From: the human T2T-CHM13v2.0 reference genome, Homo sapiens
Length of the DNA: 64,000 nucleotides
Assembly: GCF_009914755.1 (NCBI RefSeq)
Contig: NC_060932.1
Reading direction: 5' to 3' (one strand)
Under the pieces are notes generated by a model. It was not told the origin of the DNA. It was given only the letters and a program-made list of their open reading frames with translations, and did not search any database. Of the stretch, positions 52,475 through 64,000 are shown in pieces. Position 1 is the first letter of the stretch; each line of letters begins with the position of its first letter. The translations under genes and the position numbers were made by a program.

Positions 52475-53061
52475 CTCTAATGGTTTTTTTTTTTTTTTTT
52501 TTAATCTTTTTATAAGAGTTAAAATACTGGGTCCATATGCCCAGTTGCCTTGTTGATCTTGCATTACCTAGCAAGCTAAGAGCTCCCCTTTTAATGCTGC
52601 TTTCTTAAGACAGGGTCTTATAGCTGGAGCATATCTTTTTTCCTATTTATTGGAGAAAGGGGTTCAGGCAAAAACTCCGTTTCCTCTTTGTTATTTTGAC
52701 CCGGTGATAGTAGGGCTGAGGGACTTGGGTGTAGTAAAGTAGGTGACAGTTCTTCCTCCTTCCCCTTTTTAGGTTCTTCTGTGTATAATGGAGCCAGGGC
52801 CACTCTAAATAAGGCCCATAGGGTTAGGGCTGTTATTGGGACCCGTTGCCCTTGTGGATAATGTTGTTTAAGATTTCTCCCCACTTGTTCACAGAGCTTT
52901 ATGTTTAACATACCTTCTTTCAGGACCCATGGATTATGGTTTACAACAGTTCGCATTAGATCCCTTATATGAGCCTGCAAAACTGAGGCTCCACGAGCCT
53001 TAGGCAGCTGTTTCAATACTTTTATATACTGTTTCTGTTGAGCTAATAGCTGTTGTCCCAT
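52475..53061 (-). pseudogene. gag: Truncated gag (MA region) of provirus B
   Basis: ORF 52618-53061 MGQQLLAQQKQYIKVLKQL...HNPW; homologous to provirus A gag until ~52475. Confidence 0.88.
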
Positions 53062-53189
53062 GATGAAACTTTAGCCTAAACACTCCCCTCCAAAACTTGG
53101 AAACCCCAAGTGGGCACCAATGACTCACTGACCACACAGTCCTTTTCACCTGCATTTTCAAAGGGTCCATCATGCTCCCTTTGCAGCAT

Positions 53190-53207
53190 GCCTCACATGG
53201 GGCACCA
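53190..53207 (-). promoter_or_regulatory. Primer-binding site, tRNA-Met (provirus B)
   Basis: GCCTCACATGGGGCACCA versus TCCTCACACGGGGCACCA. Confidence 0.85.
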
Positions 53208-53209
53208 GC

Positions 53210-53710
53210 TGCGGGGTCTGTCCTGCAGAGCCGTGACCCAATGGCAGATGAATAACATACACTGACCCAGATATTCTGTCAGTCTGGCTAGGGATCTGGG
53301 CCCCTCACAGACACTAAAGAAGGTGCTATAAAGAGTAGCACCCATGGCCCTGATCAGCCAGCAAAGCTTGCATTTATTCAGTACAGGTTAAATGACAAAG
53401 ATCTTGAGTAAACACCACTGGAGGGTAACTGACCTGGTTTCCGACCCCCTGAGTAGAGAGCAATTGTGCACTCACTGTTGATCAATGGTTGGTCTTAGGA
53501 CCACATGAGTAAACAAGCTATTTAGATAAACTACTGTACATTCCATTGTACCCACTTTAAGCTATTTATTCAAGGTAAGGATTAGACTGCTTTCACCCAT
53601 AACCCTATCCTGAGATTTTGCAGAACCTTCTGACCTTCCAAGAAGATTTGTGTCTATATCTCATAACTCCATCTTAAAATTTTTCCCACCAGCCTGACTG
53701 AACTTCCACA
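53210..53710 (-). mobile_element. 5' LTR (LTR22 family) of provirus B
   Basis: Minus-strand start TGTGGAAGTTCAGTCAGGCTGGTGGGAAAAATTTTAAG; adjacent PBS. Confidence 0.9.
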
Positions 53711-56700
53711 AAACACTGCTGTAGGAAATGATAGACGACACAAATGAAAACATATCCCATGTTCATGGATGGGTAGAATCAATATTGTAAAAATGACCAT
53801 ACTGCCAAAAACATTCTAAAAATTCAACACAATTCCCATCAAAATACAAGCATCATTCTTCACAGAATTAGAAAAAAAAAAACAATTATAAAATTCACAT
53901 GGGACCAAAAAGAGCACACAGAGCCAAAGTGTTAGTAAGCAAAAAGAAAATATCTGGAGGAAATCACATTACCTGATTTCAAACTATACTATAAGGCTAT
54001 AGTCACCAAAACAGCATGGTACTGGTATAAAAATAGGTACATAGACGAATGGAACAGAATAGAGAACCCAGAAATAAGCCCAAATACTTACAGCCAACTG
54101 ATCTTCAACAAAGCAAACAAAAACAAGGTGGGAAAAGGACTCACTTTTCAACAAATGGTGCTGGGATAACTGGCTAGCCACATGTAGGAGAGTGAAACTG
54201 GATCCTTATCTCTCACCTTATACAAAAATGAACTCAAGATGGATTAAGGACTAAAATCTAAGACCTGAAACTACAAAAATTCTAGAAGATAACACTGGAA
54301 AAACCCTTAAGTCATTGGCTTAGGCAAAGATTTCATGACCAAGTACCCAAAAGCAAGTGCAATAAAATGAAGATTAGTAGCTGGGATTTAAAGAGCTTTT
54401 GCATGGCAAAAGGACCAATCAGAGTAAACAGGCAACCCACAGAATGGGAGAAAATGTTCACAATGTGTACATCTGACAAAGGACAAATATCCAGAATCTA
54501 CAACAAACTCAAATCAGCAAGGAAAAAATAAATCGCATCTAAAAGTGGGCTAAGGACATGAATAGACACTTCTCAAAAGAAGATATACATATGGCCAACA
54601 AACATGAAAAAATGCTCAACACCACTAATGAACAGGGAAATGCAAATTAAAACCACAGTGCTATAACTACCTTACTCCTGCAAGAATGGCCCAAATCAAA
54701 AAAAAGTAGATGTTGGCATGGATGCAGTGAATACGAAACACTTCCACACTGCTGGTGGGAATGTTAACTAGTACAACCACTATGGACAGACTCCTTAAAG
54801 AACGAAAACTAGAAGTACCATTTGATCCAGCAATCCCACTACTGGGTATCTACCCAGAGGAAAAGAAGTCATTATACGAAAAAGATACTTACACTCGCAT
54901 ATTTATAGCAGCATGATTTGCAATTGCAAAAATGTGGAACCAACCCAAATGTCCATCAATCAACAAATGGATGAAGAAACTGTGCTATATATATATATGA
55001 TGGAGTACCACTCAGCCATAAAAAGGAATTGATTATTGGCATTCACAGTGACCTAGATGAGATCAGAAACTATTATTCTAAGTGAAGTAACTCAGAAATG
55101 GAAACACAGATGTTGTATGTTCTCACTCATAAGTGGGAGCTAAGCTCTGAAGATGCAAAGGCATAAGGAAGAAACAGTGGACTTTGGGTACTCAGAGGGA
55201 AAAGGTACGAAGGATGTGAGGGATAAAAGACTATAAATAGGGTGCAGCATATCCTATTAATAGGGTGATGTGTACATCGCATTCTCACAAATCACCATTA
55301 AAGAACTTACTAATATAACCAAACACTACCTGTTCCCCAGTAACCTGCAGAAATAAAAAAAGAATTAAAATTGTCTATTCAAATTCTCCACCCATGTTTA
55401 AATTGGGTTACTTGCCTTTTTATTGAGTTGCAAGTATTCTTCACATGTTCTAGATACAGTCCCTGTTAGTTATATGCAATAAATTGTAAATGACTCCTCA
55501 TATCCTGTAGGTTGTTTTTTTCTTCTTTGATATGTCTTTTGAAGCACAAAAGTTTTTATTTTTCTTTTGTCACTGGAGTTTTGGTTTCATCTAAGAATTT
55601 ACAGGATTTAAGTCAAGTGTGGCTCTTGTGAAATCACTTAATTAATGCACATTAACTTTTAAAAGTTAATTTATAGTCTACATAGACTATCTGATCAGGT
55701 TCCATATTTCTCTATGAGATAATTATCAGATTACCAAGGATTACATTAAGAAATCCTTAATATTAAGTATGGACAATTGCTAGGATGGGACAGATGCATT
55801 TTCCAGCATAACTGTCTTTAAAGCACACTTTACATGTCAATTTTATATTTGCTTATATGTTATTTAGGCAACACTACTCAATATACAATATTAGCAAATT
55901 GCTTATTTTGTTTTCCATATGGAACACACAGTTGTTCTTTGAATATATATTTTCCACTCTTTAGAAGAACTTCATCTTCTTCCTATGTTTGTTAAATATT
56001 AAAAGGAAATAAATACTTGCACGTTAAATTCCGTTTTAAAGGTATTTGTACCTGAATTTCCTTTTCCTGGAACATAGCCATGGCCATCTTATTATCAAAT
56101 GATCTTTATCTTCATCTCCAATGATATTATTACTGAGCTTTGCCTGAAAACACTACCCAATTGTGCTGCAATAAACAAAGTGACCAGAGCTGAAATGAAA
56201 AGCTAAAAACAAAAGATAGTAAGAATAAGAAATGTAGATAATACAGAAAACATGCAGGTAAAGACCACGGCTTTGGGGACTTTAAAAGGAAAGAAAAGCA
56301 AAGCTGAGAGATAATGGAGAAACAGTCCTCAGATTTAGGGAGATCTTGGAAGCAGTAACAGCATCAGAGAAAGAAGAAGGTGCTGATGAGAGAGGGCTCA
56401 ACCCAGACAGAAGAGAGCAAGCCACATGGGGGGAAAAGATGGGGGGAGGAGAATCAGACTGGTGTCATTTTCTGGTCATTACTGGGAAAAAATGTTTCAC
56501 AGAAAAACATACATCTACACTCACTGCATTTTTTTCAGCATCATGGTGCAATTCTCTCTTGCTTAAAGACTGAAAATATATGCAACACACCTAAGAATGC
56601 ATCCCGTGAGAAGATGCAATTTATGATCTGGGGAAGAAACAAAAATCAGCTGGAAAAAAATCTTTGTGCTTTGTGAGAGGGTTTGAAGAATACAGCGAAA

Positions 56701-56820
56701 GGAGGATTGTGTTTCTATTCAAAATTGGGTCTGTTTACTCAATTGCATGTCAGCCATATGACTACAGCAATTACCTCATTCTCTGAACCTTAGTTTCCTC
56801 AGCCATAAAATCATGAAGAA

Positions 56821-58210
<1,390 letters not shown>

Positions 58211-59159
58211 ACATGAAGAAAATACCTTTCTCACAAGACTCGTTAGAGACTGAACTAGATGATAATGCCACAATCACCAGCAGTGTGGGTGATAGTTTAT
58301 TAAACATCTGTTTACTGTGAATCACCAACCCAGTGTCCAAGAACCTCAATCCTCCATCCTCAAATGCACCAGATACCGTTTGCATAAAAACCTTAAAGGT
58401 TTCTAGGATTATAGTTAGAATTCTTATTCAAATTATACCTACAATTACTCTAAGATAGCAACGCTAAAAATAGGACAACATATTGAGAGTTGAAAGAAAG
58501 GTTCCTTGGGTACATAAAGTGTACCTTAGCAGAAAGATAATTTAGACACCAGGCTGTGTCAGTACTTGATATTGACTATAAGTATTCATTAGCACTATTT
58601 GCTTATATGAATATGCATTTGTAGAGTGACTGTCTACACAAACTAGAATAATTGAGAAATCCTAACGAAACATTAAATAGCTCTCTGTATACCCAGAATA
58701 CATTTAAAGGTGCTATTCTATGCTCTAATTAAATATTTTATATTTTTATATTAATGTGTGATATTTACCCTTGTAATAGGGTATAATTTCTATTCTGAAT
58801 TGAAGAGCCAGAATTCAGGATCATTGATGAAAAATGTGTTTATTATACCGAACTTTTCAACTATTTTTCACATGGTGCTTTTTCCACCAGGGTCTTCTGC
58901 ACACTTTTGTTCATGAATTGTCTAATTTAAATGGCTATTTAGAAAAGCAAAGGTTGCGAAAACAAGTAAAGAATTAGTCTCCTCAATCTAAGACACCTCC
59001 TAAGACAAAATGGCTAAATGGAACATGGTCTGCTGGATTAGGTACTGAAGCTCAAAAAGGTACACTGTAGAAATGTTGGTGAAACCCAGATAAAACCTAT
59101 AGAGTTAGTCATGAGTATTTTACTACATGCTAATTTCTTCTCTCTCCCTCTCTCTTTCA

Positions 59160-59270
59160 CGAGTACGGTGTCTAGGTCTCAGCTAATGCAGTCTCTGCCT
59201 CCTGGGCTCAAGTGATACTCTGACCTCAGCCTACTGAGTAGCTGGGACTACAGGCACATGCCACCAAGCT
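59160..59270 (-). mobile_element. Old Alu monomer fragment (AluJ/FLAM-like)
   Basis: CCTCCTGGGCTCAAGTGAT.CT...CCTCAGCCT..TGAGTAGCTGGGACTACAGGC. Confidence 0.75.
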
Positions 59271-59598
59271 TTGTCTAATTCTAATGTCATAGTATGCATA
59301 AAATCAGTATGATTACATAAGATGTTCACACTAAGAGAAGCTGGGCGGGGGTTATTTTCTTAAATTAACATATTTACATAATAAGATAACTGAGTGTTAA
59401 ATATAGTGTTGCACAATACTTAGGATACAGAGTCACTTAATATAATTTCACTGTTTTCAGGGAAAAAAGGCTTTTCAGCTACATTAGAGTATGGCCATTT
59501 TTTTTCCACATTAGTTGCTAGCATTGATTTCTCAGGCATTCTTTACTCTTGATGAAGCTCAGTATCTTAGGCATTCTCATACATATAATTTAAGAAAC

Positions 59599-61420
59599 GT
59601 TCACTCATGATTTGGCTCTCTGTTATTCGTGTATAGGAATGCTTGTGATTTTTGCACATTGATTTTGTATCCTCAGACTTTGCTCCAATTCACAATTGCT
59701 ACAAAAGAGAAGAAAATATCTAGGAATACAACTTCCAAGGGATGTGAAACTACAAATCACTGCTCAAGGAAATGAGAGGACACAAACAAACGGAAAACAT
59801 TCCATGATCATGGATAGGAAGAATCAATATGGTAAAAATGGCCATACTGCCCAAAGTAATTTATAGATTCAAGTCTATCCCCATCAAGCTACCATTGACT
59901 TTCTTCACGGAATTGGAAAAAACTACTTTAAATTTCACATGGAACGAAAAAGCCCGCATAGCCAAGATAATCTTAAGCAAAAATAACAAAGCTGCAGGCA
60001 TCACGCTACCTGATTTCAAACTATACTACAAGCCTACAGTAACCAAAACAGCATGGTACTGGTACCAAAAGAGATATATATACCAAAGGAACAGAACAGA
60101 GGTCTCAGAAGTAACACCACACATCTGCAACCATTTGACCTTTGACAAACCTGACAAAAACAAGTGATGAGGAAAGGAGTTCCTATTTAATAAATGGTGT
60201 TGGGAAAAGTGGCCAGCCATATGCAGAAAGCTGAAATTAGATCCCTTTCTTATACCTTATATAAAAGTTAACTCAAGATGGATTAAAGACTTAAATGTAA
60301 GACTTAAAACCATAAAAACCCTAGAGGAAAACCTAAGCAATACCATTCAGGACCTAAGCATGGGCAAAGACTTCATGACTAAAACACCAAAAGCAATGGC
60401 AACAGAAGCTAAAATTGACAACTGGGATATAATTAAACTAAAGAGCTTCTGCACAGCAAAAGAAACTATCATCAGAGTAAACAGGCATCCTAAACAATGG
60501 GAGAAAACTTTTACAATCTATCCATCTGACAAAGGGCTAATATCCAGAATCTACAAAGAACGTAAGCAAATTTACAAGAAAAAAACAACCCCATCAGAAA
60601 GTGGGTGAAGGATATGTACAGACACTTCTCAAAAGAAGACATATATGCAGCCAACCAACTTATGAAAAAAAGCTCATAATCACTGGTCATTAGAGACATA
60701 CAAATTAAAACCACATTGAGAAACCTTCTCACGCCAGTTAAAATGTCGATCATTAAAATGTCAGGAAACAGCACGTGCTGGAGAGGATGTGGAGAAATAG
60801 GACACTTTTTCACTGTTGGTGGGGGTATAAATTAATTCAACCATTGTGGAAGACAGTGTGGTGATTCCTCAAGGATCTAGAACTGGAAATACCATTTTCC
60901 CCAGCAATCCCATTACTGGATATATACCCAAAGGATTGTAAATCATTCTACTATCAAGACACATGCACACGTATGTTTACTGGAGTACTGTTCACAATAG
61001 CAAAGACTTGGAACCAACCCAAATGTCCATCAGTGATAGACTGAGGAAAATGTGGCACATATACACCATGGAATACTATGCAGCCATAAAAAGGATGAGT
61101 TCATGTCCTTTGCAGGACATGGATGAAGCTGGAAACCATCATTCCCAGCAAACTAACACAAGAACAGAGTACCAAACACTGCATGTTCTCACTCATAAGT
61201 GGGAGTTGAACAATGAGAACACATGGACACAGTGGGCGCATCACACACTGTGGGCTGTTGAGGGGTGGGGGTCTGGGGGAGGGATAGCATTAGGAGAAAT
61301 ACCTAATGTAGATGACAGGTTGATGGGTGCAGCAAACCACCATGGCACATGTATACCTATGTAACAAACCTGCACGTTTTGCACACGTACCCCAGAATTT
61401 AAAGCGTAATTTAAAAAAAT
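59599..61420 (+). mobile_element. L1PA (older, PA7/8-like) with a short 5' inversion (59599-59685 antisense)
   Basis: ORF2 3' fragments and 3'UTR; TSD AAGAAACGTTC and AAAAAATGTTC. Confidence 0.9.
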
Positions 61421-61527
61421 GTTCTCACAGACATTAGGCATTTTATTTTTATTTAAACTATCATTCAAAATATTAAGTATTAAATGTAATTATTTTATGA
61501 ATTGATATTTAATTCACCAGATCAGTG

Positions 61528-61529
<2 letters not shown>

Positions 61530-61571
<42 letters not shown>

Positions 61572-61801
61572 AGACGAGGCACAGTCTCGCTCTGTTGTCC
61601 AGGCTGGAGTGCAGTGGCGCAATCTAGGCTCACTGCAAGCTCCACCTCCTGGGTTTACACCATTCTCCTGCCTCAGTCTCCCGAGTAGCTGGGACTACAG
61701 GCGCCCGCCACCATGCCGGGTATTTTTAGTAGAGACAGGGTTTCACTGTGTTAGCCAGCAAGGTCTCCATCCCCTGACCTCATGATCCACCACAGCCGGC
61801 C
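61530..61801 (-). mobile_element. AluY-like element, antisense, long poly(T), internal deletions
   Basis: AluY diagnostics (GCAAGCTCC, CCATTCTCC, GTGTTAGCC, CCTGACCTCATGATCC); ~40 bp of the left arm lost at a CCACC microhomology. Confidence 0.9.
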
Positions 61802-62029
61802 TTCACTTTTCTTACATTGCCAGAAAGCAAATGAATTCATTAATGATTAATAAAATATTAACATAAACCTAATTTTTTATGAACCTTCAACTTATTTTTC
61901 TAACATATTCGGGAAAATATGTTTTGGTGAAAATAACAGAAACAAACAAACAATAAACCCTCCTGCCAATGAAATCCAAAATGAAACAAAACAAAAACCC
62001 TACTGTATTTTTTACAAGTCATAGCAATA

Positions 62030-62370
62030 CCATCATTTCGATGTGTCTACCATTACCTCAGGTAATGACTAACATATTTGCTGTCTCTATTAATGGGCAT
62101 TTTGAAGATATTTCATATATATGAGCCATATAATATGTGGTCTTTTATGCCTGGCTTCTTTCACATATGATAATTTTTGTTCTTCCTCCGTGTTGTTACA
62201 TATTGCAGTACTTTGGTATTCCACTGTATGAATGCACCATATTCTGTTTCTCTATTTTTCACTTGATGGACATTTGAGTTTTCATTGTTTTGGCTACTAT
62301 AAATAGTGTTGGTATGAATCTTTGTGTACAAGGGTTTGTATGGATATAATAGACTTTTTCTTGAATACCA
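62030..62370 (-). mobile_element. Old L1M 3' fragment
   Basis: ATATGTGGTCTTTT.TG.CTGGCTTCTTTCAC...GATGGACATTTG motifs. Confidence 0.65.
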
Positions 62371-63364
62371 CCTAGTGACTAATTTTTCTTAATTAATTTG
62401 TAAAGACCCTAAAATAGATTACATGCTTTTTATAGTTCTTTAACATTTTTCAACTCTTAGCTTCCATTCCCTAATAAAAAATGTGCCCATCAACTTCAAA
62501 ACATTTGGCATTGCAAATCAAGATACAATTGTTCTTAAGAATTCAACTCACATATCAATTTTTTTAAATCTTATGTCTCCCAGTTGATTTCTAATGAGAA
62601 GAAATTTTATCACTTAAAAAAAATACTTCTGAAAAACATTTTCAGAAAGATCACAGTAAGTCATTTCATGTTTAAAGTTTTTAGAAAGTATAATTATCTG
62701 AATGTAGTTACAAATAGAGGTGTTTTTTTTTTTGTCCAAGGAAAATTGCCACTTTCTATTTGTGAACTACGACAAATTTGCATTCTTTTAGAATAAATAG
62801 AGATAGGATGTGTATTTGTCTACTGAGTTGAGGGTTGCAAGTTGAAAATTTAATAAAATTATTTCTCTACTTTGCTTACAGGGTAAATATTTTCATGCAT
62901 ATTACCTATATTTGCAAAGAAGTGGCACTTTGTAAAACCTTAGTCATATGTTCTTTTTGCTTTAAAAGTCATGTCTGCCAGGCATTGATGATAGTAGTGC
63001 TAATAATTTATGTAAAAAAAAAACATCTTGATGTGTAAAAACTATAAGAAGAATCCTTTCCTGGTAAGTATTTAGCAAAGAACATTGATTTTTCTCATTA
63101 TCTATTGCCTTATCTTTCCATTTGTCTATTTATGTGCCATTATGAAAAATAATCATATCTTAATTCTTCACATATTCAGGAAGGTATAATTATCAGGAAG
63201 AAGTTGACACCCAATGGTCCTGCTCTGTAAAGTTTTTATGCTGTTTGCAGACTTCCTGTTCTTCAACCTTTTTTCACAAAAAGCAGAAAGGGGACTTATT
63301 TTTAGTAAATAATAATTTACTAAATTTTTTTACTAAATGTTTTGATAATGTCCAAGTCAGCCTG

Positions 63365-63657
63365 GGCTTCTATTACACCTCTCACCGTTTTGGAAGCTGG
63401 AGGTCCAAGGTCCAGTTGGTGGCAGATTTGGTGTCTGGTGAGGGCCCATGTTCATAGATGCCCATCCTCTCCCTGCATCATCACAGTGAAGGGTCAAGGG
63501 ATCTTTTGGGGCTCTCTTTTGTAAGAACATTTCACTATTAGAGCCCTACTACTATGATCTAATTACCTCCCAAAGGACCCACCTTCTAATACGATCACAT
63601 TGGGCGTAAGGTTTCAACATATAAAAGGGGAGAGAGAGAAACATTTAGTCTACAGCT
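63365..63657 (-). mobile_element. MaLR LTR fragment (MLT1A/MST-like)
   Basis: GGAAGCTGGAGGTCCAAG...TCTGGTGAGGGCC...TAATTACCTCCCAAAGG.CCCACC..CTAATAC.ATCACATTGGG motifs. Confidence 0.75.
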
Positions 63658-64000
63658 ACATATACATTTTTTTAAATCTCAGTTAAGAACATTTAAATTA
63701 AGAGCTCAAGAACATACATACGTAAGAAGGGAAAAAAAGTATTTGAGTACATTTCTGCCTAACTCCACAGGCCATGGTTAGGTAGTGGTTTGTAGTGAAT
63801 ATTTAATATTTTGGCATTTTTAAGTTAAAATTATTTTTTATATCAAGAAAAAAAATGAAATTTCATATAATTCAGAAAAAAAATAACTTTAGAGTAGATT
63901 TAAGCTAATTACTTATATTATCTGGTATTGAAGTCAGATGAGTTCACAACAATCATTAGCCTAGACAACAAAAAATATTGTTATTTTTTAACATCTAATT

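Larger units (their letters stand above)
47890..53710 (-). mobile_element. HERV-K(HML-5)/HERVK22 provirus B (CA-NC-pro replaced by foreign DNA, RT core deleted, env largely present)
   Basis: Paired LTR22-type LTRs (47890-48398, 53210-53710), Met PBS 53190-53207, PPT, perfect 6-bp TSD AAACAC at 47884-47889 and 53711-53716. Confidence 0.94.
46405..55368 (+). mobile_element. L1PB-type element with 5' inversion (antisense 46405-~47418, sense ~47419-47889 and 53717-55368), hosting HML-5 provirus B
   Basis: Orientation switch at ~47418; ORF2 colinear across the provirus TSD AAACAC; flanking TSD AA(A/T)TGTCTATTCA at 46392-46404 and 55369-55381. Confidence 0.85.

Noticed and set aside
52483-52502. 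Poly(T) next to the foreign insert as the tail of a retroposed pseudogene
   Set aside because: It aligns to an A-rich gag stretch in provirus A (30061-30090), lies at the 5' side of the insert in the relevant orientation and has no TSD; it is a homopolymer expansion.
26219-53710. Segmental duplication of one provirus
   Set aside because: Different TSDs, flanks, LTR subtypes and deletions.

Overview
Primate (probably human or ape) intergenic or deep-intronic DNA dominated by transposable elements; no intact host protein-coding gene was recognised. Contents: (i) the 5' half of a HERV-I provirus (LTR10-type LTR, Ile primer-binding site, decayed gag-pro-pol, minus strand, 1-4803); (ii) a complete THE1 MaLR element; (iii) a full-length processed TADA1 pseudogene with a perfect 16-bp target-site duplication (TSD), inserted in an L1PB-type element; (iv) two independent deleted HERV-K(HML-5)/LTR22 proviruses (26219-31260 and 47890-53710, both minus, Met primer-binding site, 6-bp TSDs); (v) Tigger1, several solo LTRs, Alus, MIR and many L1s, three of them 5'-inverted. 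The most interesting observation is a ~420-bp non-viral, GC-rich segment that replaces CA-NC-pro in the second HML-5 provirus. It looks like a captured cellular mRNA 5' end; from memory it resembles the NCK2 5'UTR with G-to-A drift, and this needs BLAST confirmation. Also notable are two short locally templated insertions copied over ~820-840 bp and a preserved MLV-type gag-pol readthrough signal. Subfamily names come from recalled consensus sequences, not a database search.
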